DNA from: Candidatus Poribacteria bacterium
GTDB taxonomy: Bacteria > Poribacteria > WGA-4E > PCPOR2b
DNA: 64,000 nt
Assembly (NCBI GenBank): GCA_965218095.1
Contig: OZ244587.1
Location: forward strand, 3,456,001 to 3,520,000
Direction of reading: 5' to 3'
A program made the position numbers and the translations under genes. The notes below the pieces were generated by a model, which saw nothing but the letters and a program-made list of their open reading frames with translations, had not been told where the DNA came from and ran no database searches. This document shows, piece by piece, positions 41,042-51,451 of the stretch (position 1 is its first letter; the number at the start of each line of letters is the position of its first letter).

Positions 41042-41920
41042 CTACATTTCCTCCTCCCCCTGCAAGATACGGAAGTAGATCACTGTTGCGACAAGGACGA
41101 TGCCCATCAGCAGAAAAGAGAGCGCGGAGCCAAAGGGCCAATCGCGTGCCGTTTTGAATTGGCGCTCGACCACATTGCCGATGTAATCGACCTTTCCGCC
41201 ACCGAGAAGATCCGGTGTGATGAATGCGCCAACTGTCGGGATGAAAACTAACACCGAGCCCGCGGCGATACCAGGGAAGCTTAAAGGCAGCGTTATATTC
41301 AGGAACGCCTTCCAGTGGCTCGCCCCGAGATCTTTTGCCGCATCAATCAGCGAGGAGTCTAGCTTTTCCAGTGAGGCATACAACGGCAAGATCATAAACG
41401 GCAGATAGCCGTAAATCAGCCCAATCTGAACTGCGGTCGGGGTGTTCAGAAGTTCGATTGGCGGAGCATTTGGCAAGAACCACGCCAAGATGGTATTCAA
41501 CACCCCTTCTGTCCGCAAGATCAAGATCCAAGCGTAAGTCCGAATGAGGAAATTCGTCCAAAACGGGATGACAACCAGCAACAACAGAAGGTTGCGCCAC
41601 CGATATTGATGTCGCACGAGGTAGTAGGCAAATGGATAGCCAATCAGCAGGCAGACCGCTGTTGAGATCATGCCTGTCGAGATTGATCTCCAGAGAATGC
41701 TGAGGTAGAGCGGATCGAGTAACCGCTGATAATTTTGCAGCGTAAAAAACCACCGAACCCCACCGTAAGTGCCGCGCTGTGCAAAACTATAGACGAAAAT
41801 AGATCCAATCGGGATGAGAAAAAAACATGTTAACCAAAAGAGAGCTGGGAAAAGAAGGATGACACCTTGAAGGTTGGAATGTTCTCGGAAGGATTGGAGG
41901 AGTTTGGAAATGTAGTTCAT
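41042..41920 (-). CDS. potB: spermidine/putrescine ABC permease PotB-like
   Basis: IPFWTNFLIRTYAW, YLPFMILPLY, AAKDLGA. Confidence 0.88.
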   Translation of the reverse strand: MNYISKLLQSFREHSNLQGVILLFPALFWLTCFFLIPIGSIFVYSFAQRGTYGGVRWFFTLQNYQRLLDPLYLSILWRSISTGMISTAVCLLIGYPFAYYLVRHQYRWRNLLLLLVVIPFWTNFLIRTYAWILILRTEGVLNTILAWFLPNAPPIELLNTPTAVQIGLIYGYLPFMILPLYASLEKLDSSLIDAAKDLGASHWKAFLNITLPLSFPGIAAGSVLVFIPTVGAFITPDLLGGGKVDYIGNVVERQFKTARDWPFGSALSFLLMGIVLVATVIYFRILQGEEEM

Positions 41921-42157
41921 TTCGGTAATTAATCATAGTGACGGCTTCAATCATTCCCAAACAACGACTAATACCGCTACCGCTTTAGGAATTCTCTTTC
42001 CCATACATAGACACCGTTGCGCGAGGAGCATAGACCTAATAGGTTTCCAAAACCTGTCAGGTCTGAAGGATAAGATGAGAAATTTAAAACCGAAATTGGT
42101 GTAAGGTCGTCACGGAGTATACCCGAATTTTTGAACTCCATAAGAAATCGGTGTCTT

Positions 42158-42400
42158 CTAACCAAGCGCTTCGGCAACTGCTTCTGGCAGCGTGACGGTA
42201 TTTGGATCGACATCGATTGGATATTCGGTGCCATAAGCGGCAACAAGCTCATCAAAGGAGGTGTTATCCACACGCCCAAGTTCTTCGCCAGGACGATTGA
42301 GAAAAACACCCTGGCAGCTGTCACAACTCATGAGATCTACATCCGATCGTTCAATCGGGAATTGTGTAAGTGGATTATTACAATCTGGGCAAGGTAGCAT
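42158..42400 (-). CDS. small zinc-ribbon (zf-TFIIB-like) protein
   Basis: CPDC...CDSCQGVF, AAAGGA RBS. Confidence 0.65.
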   Translation of the reverse strand: MLPCPDCNNPLTQFPIERSDVDLMSCDSCQGVFLNRPGEELGRVDNTSFDELVAAYGTEYPIDVDPNTVTLPEAVAEALG

Positions 42401-42515
42401 AGATTCAATCCTTTCGGGTAGGGGTTTGGTGAAATGTGTAACCGTAAGACGTAATACAGGGTTCACGATGCAAGATTCAGAGACATCTTGGTATTCTGAA
42501 TCGCTGTATCCTTGT

Positions 42516-43709
42516 TTAATCAGCGGCAGTGGCAAGTTCTTCAGGGTGATCCATTTCGCAGAATTCAACGTAATCACTAATCAGTTCAGTGATCGTCGGA
42601 TTCTCGCCGCAGATGGGGCAGTGCTGATCGCGATTGACTTTCAACTCACGGAACTTCATGCCGAGCGCGTCGTACATCAGCAAGCGACCGATGAGCGGTT
42701 TGCCGATTCCGAGCAACACCTTGACAGCTTCAGTCGCCATCACGAGACCAACTATGCCTGGGAGCACGCCCAGGACGCCGGCCTCATTTCAGCCGGGCAC
42801 CATGCCCGGAGGCGGTGGCGTTGGATACATGCACCGATAGCACGGACCTTCGCGTGGTTTAAAAACGGTCGCCTGTCCTTCAAACTGGAAGATACTACCG
42901 TGTACGATAGTCTTATTCGTCAGCACCGCAGCATCATTGACTAGATAGCGCGTTGCGAAGTTATCGCAGCCATCCACGATCAGGTCATACGCATTAAAGA
43001 GATCTGTGACGTTGTCTTCTGACAAGCGGTCATAATACGGAATTACCTCAACATCAGGGTTTAAGGCCTTGATTGTTTCAGTTGCAGACTCAACCTTCGG
43101 CTTACCGATGGTTTCGGTACGATGGAGCACCTGACGCTGCAGGTTATTGAGTTCAACGACGTCCGAATCAATGACGCCGAGTGTGCCAACGCCGGTAGCC
43201 GCAAGGTAGAGGCCCGCCGGTGAGCCTAAACCACCTGCTCCCACGAGTAACACCTTGGCATCAAGTAGTGCTGCCTGTCCTTTTTCTCCGATTTCGTGCA
43301 GCATGAAGTGACGGCTATACCGCTCCAACTGGTCAGGGGTCATCTGTCTATCTTTTGCCGTTGAATATCCGGCAGCCCCCCAGTCTCTATAGCCGCCAGC
43401 CATCGATGTGGTATCTGTGTACCCCATTTCCCTCAGAGCTTTGGCGGCAAGCAGCGATCTTGCTCCTGCGGCGCAGTGAATGACGATCTGTTTGTTTCGG
43501 TCCGACACATAATCTTCAATATCGAACTCAAGCATACCCCGCGTGATATGAACGGCGCCGGGAATGTATCCTGCGCGATACTCATCTTCATCGCGAACAT
43601 CAAGCAGCACAAAATCTTCGTGATTATCCTGCTTCTTTTTAACTTCCTCAATCGTAACTTCCGAGATTTCCTTTCTGACTTCTTCAAGAATTTCTCTGGA
43701 TGATTTCAT
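42516..43709 (-). CDS. moeB: rhodanese-MoeB/ThiF fusion with in-frame TGA (candidate selenocysteine) at 42789-42791
   Basis: rhodanese HCAAGARS, RYSRH, GAGGLG, CYRC, PG*NEAGVLG, CPIC; the two ORF-track pieces are in the same frame. Confidence 0.85.
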
Positions 43710-43889
43710 GTTCTCCTCCGAGCCTCCCGTTCAGTTGACGTCGGGATAAGATTCTTTCAATGTAAAACTCAATCGCTTCCGGCGTAAATCGCCATCTCGT
43801 CGAAAAGGCGGCGTTTTTGCAACTTTCATTATATCACAAGGGGATGGGGCTGTCAAAACTAAATTGAAATGGATATTCCTCTGGAAAAT

Positions 43890-44125
43890 AAATCCTGTAA
43901 TGTTGTTCTCTTTCGAGCCGAGGGCTTCATGCCGGCCGAGATTGGGACGTTCCCAGTGGATGCCGTCCTCGGAGATGGCAAGACACTGAACATGCTCCTT
44001 TCCCGGGGCGTAGAAACCCACCATGTACCAGGCTTTGAATATGCCCTCCTCTTCGTCGCAGATGACCGACGCGGTCATACCGCCGTGTCGCTCCCAGGGC
44101 GCCTCTTGTTTGATAACCGGATGCG
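43890..44125 (-). pseudogene. fragment of a five-bladed propeller glycoside-hydrolase-like protein
   Basis: PWE..., FKAWY, AISEDGIHWERPNLG motifs; truncated on both sides. Confidence 0.6.
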
Positions 44126-44132
44126 CCCCGTT

Positions 44133-45221
44133 TTATGACAGCATGCGCTCGACTGTTTTTAACTCAGCCGCAGTGTATGGTTGTTGGAACGCGCTATCCG
44201 TCGGTTCTCCATCTCGCATCAACACCGGCGATGGATTCGGAAGTTCCCAGTCGCCCAGTTCCTCTCGGTGGACAAAGGCGCCGTCTCGCTCCAGAATCGA
44301 ATAGAACGGCAGGAGAAACATCGTCAATTTTTCCATCAGTTCATCACCGGTCTCCGGCGATTCTCCCGTTTCAAACATCTCCTGAATCACGAGCTGCAAG
44401 GCGTTCCATGTGTTGTAACGAAAATACCCCGGACGCCCCGGTATCTTGCCTTCCGCATCACCCTGATGGTCGCCGAAAATACGCATATACGCCTGTCCAT
44501 CCGCTCCGCTGACCAATTGCAATGAACCATAGTACGGATGGCTCGGATGGTCATGCTCATAGATTACAAGGCCATTTGGCCTTCGCCAATTCACGGTGTG
44601 ATATGCCGCGCCTGTCATCTTGCCCCGACCTTTTTTGATTTCGTCCCGCAATACGGCATGGATGTACCACACGCCGTGTAGCCCATGCGAATAATAATCG
44701 CTCATCGAATTGTGTGCGACATAACCCTTGATGTCCGTCATGTCAGCTGCTTTTGCGCGGAGGTCGCCCACGCTTTCGGTATATTCCCAGGTCGATGCGG
44801 TCAACAGTGCGGCGCCGTGTTTTGCTGCCAGATCCACCATCGCCTGTCCCTTCGCCAGAGACGTGGCAAACGGTCGATTGACAAACGTCGGAATACCCGC
44901 CTCCAGAAAAGGCTCTGCCAGCAGTGGATACAACGAAATTGCGCTGACGTCGTCGATATATACGCCATCAACATGCTCGATCATGTCAGCGGGACGCTGC
45001 ACAATCTCAAGGCCCTGGAATGACGATTGTAATCGCTCCGCCATATTAGGCCTAATGGTCCAGGCATGCGTCAGCACCATACCTGTCGTACGAAGATGGC
45101 CCGCAGACGGATTCATTGTATTGCCCCAGATAGAGTGTGTATGCCCGCCGGCGCCGGCTATCACACCAACACGGACAAGGTCATACGGAGTAGATCGAGT
45201 AAAAGATGGCGTGGTCATCAT
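44133..45221 (-). CDS. Gfo/Idh/MocA-like oxidoreductase (divergent)
   Basis: Rossmann-like N-terminus, FVNRPFA, YSHGLHG. Confidence 0.7.
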   Translation of the reverse strand: MMTTPSFTRSTPYDLVRVGVIAGAGGHTHSIWGNTMNPSAGHLRTTGMVLTHAWTIRPNMAERLQSSFQGLEIVQRPADMIEHVDGVYIDDVSAISLYPLLAEPFLEAGIPTFVNRPFATSLAKGQAMVDLAAKHGAALLTASTWEYTESVGDLRAKAADMTDIKGYVAHNSMSDYYSHGLHGVWYIHAVLRDEIKKGRGKMTGAAYHTVNWRRPNGLVIYEHDHPSHPYYGSLQLVSGADGQAYMRIFGDHQGDAEGKIPGRPGYFRYNTWNALQLVIQEMFETGESPETGDELMEKLTMFLLPFYSILERDGAFVHREELGDWELPNPSPVLMRDGEPTDSAFQQPYTAAELKTVERMLS

Positions 45222-45448
45222 TTAGCTCCCTTTTGAAGCGGTCAAATGTTGTATGAACGAAATGAGGTTCGCTGATTGTAATGGAGTTCTATTTCAAAGT
45301 CAACCCTTTTCCGCCGGTTTTCCCGGCCAAGGGATGATGACAATTTCCCTTGACCGGCGAGCGAGAAACAGGTAAAATGGCTTGCGTATATTTCCTCGGT
45401 AGACAAGAATTAACGATTCTAACGCAGAGGCGGTATAATGGCTCACAT

Positions 45449-46339
45449 ATGACTCCAATTTCCATCGTCCTCGTTTTACTCTCCGCCTTTTTCCACGCCC
45501 TGTGGAACTACTTCGGCAAAGCAAGCCGCTCACCGCAACTTTTCTTCTTCTGGATTGGAGTTTTTACAGTGGGGATAGCGGTTGCCGCCTTCGCAATTAA
45601 ACTGCCGATCGTCCCGCAATCGGTTTGGATCTATGTCATTGCGTCGGGCGTCGTTCACTTTTTCTACTGGTTCTTCCTGAGTCGTGCTTACACATCAGGC
45701 GAGATCTCCTATGTCTACCCGATTGCCCGCTCTGCGCCCGGATTTATTCCCCTATTCGCCTTCTTGTTTTTACGAGAGCGGATCTCAGCACAGGGACTAA
45801 TCGGCATTTTTTGCATCGTATTCTCGATTTACCTTCTCCAACAGCGGGGAAGCGGCTTGACGTTCAAGGAACTGATTCGGTACATGAAGCAGCCGGATTC
45901 CGTTTGGGCGTTTTCGACGCTCGGCACAGTGATCACATACTCACTAATTGATAAGGCGGGTATGTCCGACTTTCATGCGAATTCGACCGAACATCCCGTC
46001 TGGCGGGCCGTAACCTACTACTTGACGGAAGGGGTGATTGCGCATGTATTTTACGGCATCTACATTCTATTTCGGTTTCCAAGGAGGGAAATCGCGGAGA
46101 TTGGGCGTCGGGAATGGAAGCGAATTCTCGCGACCGGGGCACTTGCGATGGCCTCTTACACGTTAATCCTTTATGTGTATATGACGCAAAAGGTGAGCTA
46201 CGTCGTCGCGCTCCGGCAGTCTTCCGTGATCTTCGCGGTGCTGCTCGGCGCTTACGTACTGAAGGAATCGCAAGCAAAACTGCGGTTCACCGCAGCAGTG
46301 GTGATGGTCATCGGTATGTTTCTGATTTCGACAGCTTAG
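45449..46339 (+). CDS. DMT/EamA family transporter
   Basis: about 10 TM helices, HALWN, SYVYPIARSAP. Confidence 0.9.
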   Translation: MTPISIVLVLLSAFFHALWNYFGKASRSPQLFFFWIGVFTVGIAVAAFAIKLPIVPQSVWIYVIASGVVHFFYWFFLSRAYTSGEISYVYPIARSAPGFIPLFAFLFLRERISAQGLIGIFCIVFSIYLLQQRGSGLTFKELIRYMKQPDSVWAFSTLGTVITYSLIDKAGMSDFHANSTEHPVWRAVTYYLTEGVIAHVFYGIYILFRFPRREIAEIGRREWKRILATGALAMASYTLILYVYMTQKVSYVVALRQSSVIFAVLLGAYVLKESQAKLRFTAAVVMVIGMFLISTA

Positions 46340-46983
46340 ATCAGATGCAGCCAATCGTGCATCAGGAAATCGACCCGTTGGATTAGAAGCGATACACGTC
46401 CCATCACCGTATTACCAAACGCTGAACCGAATCCAATCATCAAAAAGATGATGCCGATCTTGGAAATCCCCCCAACAGCGCCGCGATGTTCGACGGAGAA
46501 GAAGAAATAAGTCAGTGTCGAGATAACACCGATGAGCATCAAGATTGCGCCGAAGATTTCAAAAGGGCTTAACGCGCCCGCATGAATTTGTACAAAGGGA
46601 TCTAGGGTACCATGGACCTGACGGAATATGCTTGCCTCCATCACATTAGGAATAGCCAAGCCAGATCCAATACCAATGAGGATGGCAATCGGATAGCGGA
46701 TCAGCCATGCGTATTTCGGAATGAGACGGGCAAAGAACAGTAGCCCAATGCCAATCGGAATGAGCTTCACCAATCCTCCTAGTTCGCGCTGAGTCACGGC
46801 TTCCCAAAATGGATTCCATGCTAATGGAATCAGACCGTCATAGATTGAAAGCACGATACCGTAGCCAACCGAAACGCCAAGAAAAAGGTGCTCAGCAAAA
46901 CGATAAAACGGGTTATCGCGGTAAAGAAAGCTGTAAATGCAAAGCGTGAGAAAAGCAGCTATCCAAACGCCGACTAATGCCAT
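46336..46983 (-). CDS. uncharacterised membrane protein (gene 4 of DUF6754-like operon)
   Basis: YSFLYRDNPFYRFAEH, FGNTVMGR; about 6 TM helices. Confidence 0.85.
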   Translation of the reverse strand: MALVGVWIAAFLTLCIYSFLYRDNPFYRFAEHLFLGVSVGYGIVLSIYDGLIPLAWNPFWEAVTQRELGGLVKLIPIGIGLLFFARLIPKYAWLIRYPIAILIGIGSGLAIPNVMEASIFRQVHGTLDPFVQIHAGALSPFEIFGAILMLIGVISTLTYFFFSVEHRGAVGGISKIGIIFLMIGFGSAFGNTVMGRVSLLIQRVDFLMHDWLHLI

Positions 46984-47001
46984 ATATACAAACCTCCGGT
47001 T

Positions 47002-47817
47002 TTATTGTTCTTCACGTCGCTGGATAAAGAAGGCGATATTGCCCAAAATCACTAAGACCACAATTAGGAGATGAACGAAGGATTGGACGCTCATCCCCGC
47101 TGTTCCCTGTGCAGGTATGTTAATCAGTTTTTCGTACTCCGCCGCTCCCAGGAGTCCGGGCATCAATCCGACCAACTGCTTCGTCTGTAGATATGGATAC
47201 AGTTCCGATACCATCACGCCAGTCACGCCTGCAGCAATCTGCTGATTGTATCTTGTATTCGCGTAGGTAATCCACGCCCCCGGCGTCGCAGATGAAGCCA
47301 AATCCAAAACCAAATCTATCTGATCATAATTTTTGATGTCCATCATCATAGGGATTTCGGCAAGCGATTTTTTGCTATAATCGCTCTCGTAAACACTATC
47401 GATTGCATTGCCCATTCCAAGAAGCACTTGCACACCGCCGGGGCGGAATCCGAGATAGACATAGTCGTCGCCATTGACTGCGCCGGTTTCCTCTGCGACA
47501 TCCTTCATAACCTCGTCGCCAAGCGTCGCCCCGACGTTAAACAGGGTCAACCCAATGGCTCGAATCTTTTTCCTAAAACAGTGACGCAGAACAGCGGCAG
47601 CCATTGGTTCGAGTTCTGCCAATGACGAGGGACCATAGTTGAACGCTATCATAACTGTTGAGCGGGGCGGGAGAGCGTCAATATAATCGTAGATGTTGCG
47701 CGTTGGCTCGGAAACCGTAACTGGAAAATTGACTTTTAGCAATGTTGGGATGATCACTGCCAGCGCAACTAGAATAAAGATGATACGTCGGTCAATGTTC
47801 ATCAATTTTTCGAGCAT
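47002..47817 (-). CDS. uncharacterised membrane-anchored protein (gene 3)
   Basis: N- and C-terminal TM helices, GLLGAAEYE motif. Confidence 0.85.
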   Translation of the reverse strand: MLEKLMNIDRRIIFILVALAVIIPTLLKVNFPVTVSEPTRNIYDYIDALPPRSTVMIAFNYGPSSLAELEPMAAAVLRHCFRKKIRAIGLTLFNVGATLGDEVMKDVAEETGAVNGDDYVYLGFRPGGVQVLLGMGNAIDSVYESDYSKKSLAEIPMMMDIKNYDQIDLVLDLASSATPGAWITYANTRYNQQIAAGVTGVMVSELYPYLQTKQLVGLMPGLLGAAEYEKLINIPAQGTAGMSVQSFVHLLIVVLVILGNIAFFIQRREEQ

Positions 47818-47822
47818 CGGTT

Positions 47823-48467
47823 TTAATCTCCTCCTCCAAGATAGGAACGCTCAATCCCCAGGATAATCCGAATAGATTGAGATATAACGCCAAGGCTGAC
47901 ACCGAGGATAATCCCTCGTCGTGATGAGAGGTTAGGATTCTCCAAGATCCATTGTCGGGCTGTGGAGGGCAAATTATCTTCAAATGGCATAATCTTATTC
48001 CAAATGAGATCCCCGATGGGAGCATTCCCAAGCATCACAATCAGGGCCGCTACCAATAAGAGAGTTGCCTCGAAAGTACGGGTGCGGAAAGCACGATACG
48101 CTGCGGACGCGATAAAAAATGCGAGGAGTGAAAACATTGTTGCATCCATTGGCACCTGGACATTTTTGAACATCCACACAAAGGCCGAATGACGGGGACC
48201 AAAAGGGATACCAATCGCAACCATAACAATCATCCCGATAAAAACTAGGTAACTGTACTGCCAATATTCGGTGCGACGTCGTATGCGTACCCAATGAGTA
48301 TGCACTAGTGTTGCAACAGCCAACACCAGTGCAAATGGTCCTATAATCAACGCCCAGTTGATGACTTCGTTCCTGAGCCCCTGAGATACTGGATGTGGGC
48401 TAAACTCGACGAACATCATCACAATACCAAAAAGGAAGCAGAACGCTAACGGAACTTGTCGTCTCAT
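47823..48467 (-). CDS. uncharacterised membrane protein (gene 2)
   Basis: TMFSLLAFFIASAAYRAFR, RIILGIERSY motifs. Confidence 0.85.
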   Translation of the reverse strand: MRRQVPLAFCFLFGIVMMFVEFSPHPVSQGLRNEVINWALIIGPFALVLAVATLVHTHWVRIRRRTEYWQYSYLVFIGMIVMVAIGIPFGPRHSAFVWMFKNVQVPMDATMFSLLAFFIASAAYRAFRTRTFEATLLLVAALIVMLGNAPIGDLIWNKIMPFEDNLPSTARQWILENPNLSSRRGIILGVSLGVISQSIRIILGIERSYLGGGD

Positions 48468-48505
48468 AACACCTCCATATTCGTGAAACGTGATGCGTGA
48501 AATCC

Positions 48506-49387
48506 CTACCCGACCCGCTGGAAGAAGGTTGTCATCCAGTTTATGCCGGAAAGCTCAAGAATGATGCCAATGATAATGGCAGCGAAGATTAACAACTTTC
48601 CGTAATCTTGTCCTTTTAGGCTCCCGAGCAGCATGGGTTCTCCCGATAGATACGCGCTTGCAGCGTACAACTCTTCGCCAATCAATGTGTAATCACAGGC
48701 GGCTATGAAAAACGGCAATTGTGAATCGGAATCGGTGCCTGCAATTTGAATCGCACCGACAGAATTGCCCGTCTCGGCGAGGATTAGCGATTCGGCGTAG
48801 AACGTACCTTGCATGAACACCGCGGCGGGTTTCTCACGGATCATCATCCCATCAACGCCCGCAGCGTACGCAAACTGACTATCAGTTAAGAAAAAGATGT
48901 CATCCTCTTTATAGGCATCCGGGTGGCCTTCATTCAAGTAAGCAGTTCTCACCATCTCACGAACGACATTCAGTACAATCGGATCGTTGCACGGTACGCG
49001 AAGCGAGGTTTCATAGTCAGCAGTTTTCCGCGCAACCTGACTCAGGATATTCATGCTCGCGATTGTCGCAACATCGCTGACACTGCCCAGTCCCAAGATG
49101 TACATAATCGGACGCCCCATTTCTGTCGATCTGCCGATAGCCTCATCTACGGCTTCGAGGCCGGGAATACGACGGATGAACAGTTTCTTTCCACTCCGCG
49201 CGTGATAGATGCAATAGACCACTGTAACCGAGTAAAGGACCACGGATAGGAAGACCCATTTTTTGCCGGTGTGGAACCATCTAGTATCTTCGGTTTCGGT
49301 TGCATCCTGTGCAAAGGCAATGCTATAGCCCCACCCAAGCACAAGCATCAAGATAACCAGACACTGAATGATTTTCTTAGACTTCAT
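48506..49387 (-). CDS. DUF6754-like protein (gene 1)
   Basis: IRRIPGLEAVDEAIGRSTEMGRP, ESLILAE, QLPFF..CDYTLIGEELYAASAY recalled as DUF6754-type motifs; signal peptide. Confidence 0.75.
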   Translation of the reverse strand: MKSKKIIQCLVILMLVLGWGYSIAFAQDATETEDTRWFHTGKKWVFLSVVLYSVTVVYCIYHARSGKKLFIRRIPGLEAVDEAIGRSTEMGRPIMYILGLGSVSDVATIASMNILSQVARKTADYETSLRVPCNDPIVLNVVREMVRTAYLNEGHPDAYKEDDIFFLTDSQFAYAAGVDGMMIREKPAAVFMQGTFYAESLILAETGNSVGAIQIAGTDSDSQLPFFIAACDYTLIGEELYAASAYLSGEPMLLGSLKGQDYGKLLIFAAIIIGIILELSGINWMTTFFQRVG

Positions 49388-49435
49388 TCTGTTTTCTTTC
49401 TCCTAACTTTTGAGTTGACGATTAAAACGTAAAAC

Positions 49436-49640
49436 CTATTTGCGTACTGCGTGATTTGCTGATTCGCCCGTCTCCCGTTCAACAGCATGGCAACGCACAA
49501 TGCGTCCATCCCCAAAATCCAGAGGCTTCGGGACAACCTCGTTGCACACGCCATCAATATAAAGCGGACAGCGCAGGTAAAACCGACAGCCTGTCGATGG
49601 ATTCACAGGCGATGGTAACTCGCCGGGCAGGATCTTGCGG
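49436..49640 (-). pseudogene. C-terminal relic of an oligopeptide ABC ATPase (oligo_HPY, OppF/DppF-like)
   Basis: hand translation KILPGELPSPVNPSTGCRFYLRCP...C...P...RIVRCH; no start codon. Confidence 0.8.
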
Positions 49641-49649
49641 ACAGCAGCG

Positions 49650-49678
49650 ATTATAGCACGTTATCAGTGATGTGTCAA
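49650..49678 (-). promoter_or_regulatory. consensus sigma70 promoter
   Basis: perfect TTGACA-17 nt-TATAAT pointing into the DUF6754-like operon. Confidence 0.8.
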
Positions 49679-49760
49679 AAGGAAAATTGAACCGACGAAT
49701 CAACAAACGGGCGAATCAGAAACAAGCATCAAAGTAGGGGATAGTTCATCCTGAATTGTT

Positions 49761-49921
49761 TAGGACTTACGCAGCCGACATGCAGAACATGCAGTTTCAC
49801 AGGATCTTGAATCATGACTCCCCGATGGATCGGGGCAGGCTCTGAATCTGATGCAAGATGCAAAATACAGGGGGCGCAAGAGGTTGGGGGTTAATCGACT
49901 TATGCAATTGCCTAAGTCCTG
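49761..49921. mobile_element. MITE (161 bp)
   Basis: TIR TAGGACTTACGCA / TGCCTAAGTCCTG flanked by a TTGTT direct repeat. Confidence 0.7.
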
Positions 49922-49932
49922 TTGTTATAATC

Positions 49933-51030
49933 CTACCGAAACCAAGCGTAGTTGAGCCGCAGCGATCGGTCTTCTAAGGGCAATTCAACCCGTGTACCGC
50001 CCCGGGCACTGGAAACCTTCAGCGCAATCTCCACCTCCAGCGCCACAGCCACACGCCGGCCTGAGTTCTTGGGTTCGTCCAGCTTTCCTGCCAGGCAGTC
50101 AAAAATATCGGCGTACCCATACACCGCACCGTAAGGCGGTCTGAACTGCGGGTCTGGCCAAGGCATTTCCACATGTTTCTGTCCCGACAGGGTATCAACC
50201 TCCTGCCACAGACGCCAACCCGGTTCATACCCAAAGACAATCTCCCCTTTCGTCCCTGAAAGCCGGATGCCCGGCGCGCCCTTACGGAAGTGGAGCATCT
50301 GGTCCTCAACCGTCACCAGTATGCCCTGCCCCATGAATTCATCGCTGCCTGATTCCTGCCGCGGCGCATCGCCAATTCCAACGACCCAGGCGGGCGCGCT
50401 ATTGAGAAAATACGACCAGTTCTGGTGCTGAGCCCCAGGGCCAGCGGCTTCCATGCCAATGATTTCCCCAATAGCGCCGCTCCGCACCAGTTCTTTCGCC
50501 TTGCCAAAGGACGGGTGCGTGGTTGTGATTGAACCGCAGCAGAGCGGTACGTCAGCCTTGGCACACGTCTGCACCATGCGGTCCGCCTCGTCAAGGGTGT
50601 GAGCCATAGGCTTTTCCGTCATGATGCCCCTGGCGCCACATTCAACAGCCAAGCAGGTCAGATCGGCCCGTCCCTTGGTATTGGTGGCGACAGCAACGAT
50701 ATCGAGCTTCTCTCCGCGCAGCATTTCCTCGGCATCGGTATAGAGATTCTTCACGTCATAACGCTCGCTGAAAATCTTCAGACGCTTCTCATCGCGATCT
50801 GCGGCGGCGACCAACTCGACCTCTGGACGGTCCCAGAGTGCTTCAGCATAGGTGCTCGGCAGCCCCTCATTGCCGGGATGCTCCCAGTGGTGAATACGAC
50901 GGTGCGGGTCCACCTCGGGCGTGGGGCGGTCCACATCGTCCACGCTGAACCGATCCGGAAGTCGTTGCGCTAAGTCGTACAGCATTCCCATCCAGCCGAG
51001 ACCAATGACTCCAGCGCGATATTTATCCAT
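49933..51030 (-). CDS. Gfo/Idh/MocA oxidoreductase
   Basis: GVIGLGWMG, TEKPMA motifs. Confidence 0.88.
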   Translation of the reverse strand: MDKYRAGVIGLGWMGMLYDLAQRLPDRFSVDDVDRPTPEVDPHRRIHHWEHPGNEGLPSTYAEALWDRPEVELVAAADRDEKRLKIFSERYDVKNLYTDAEEMLRGEKLDIVAVATNTKGRADLTCLAVECGARGIMTEKPMAHTLDEADRMVQTCAKADVPLCCGSITTTHPSFGKAKELVRSGAIGEIIGMEAAGPGAQHQNWSYFLNSAPAWVVGIGDAPRQESGSDEFMGQGILVTVEDQMLHFRKGAPGIRLSGTKGEIVFGYEPGWRLWQEVDTLSGQKHVEMPWPDPQFRPPYGAVYGYADIFDCLAGKLDEPKNSGRRVAVALEVEIALKVSSARGGTRVELPLEDRSLRLNYAWFR

Positions 51031-51451
51031 AAGTCTCCTCCTTGTTTGTTCAACCTTATCAGAAATTTTGACCCCTAGAAGATCTTACACATATATAGAA
51101 ATCTCCTATTCAATCCTCACCATCAAATTCATCTTTCATTCGATCTCCGGCCTGCTTCATTATTCCGGGAAATACGGATCCCTGGATTATTCTAGCCCCG
51201 CTTTGACATTCACCAACATCAAACTTATCTGATTATACTTGAAAAAAGGATTAAAGAAAAGAAAAAATGACAAAGCCCTATAATATAATAATGCCGGATT
51301 CGTTTCAAAGGGGCTATCTGAAATATCGAAAATGTGGTATACTTGATTCTGTACCATCAAAAACTTCGGTCGTTCAAGATCAATAAGTATACGGCCTTAG
51401 TATACGGCCTTTAAGAATTTTCATCCCAATCGATCAGCATGGAGGGTCATT

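Noticed and set aside
43710-43830. Possible Moco or SAM riboswitch upstream of moeB
   Set aside because: Hairpins are present but no recognisable consensus on the sense strand; the GCCTCCCG motif is on the wrong strand.
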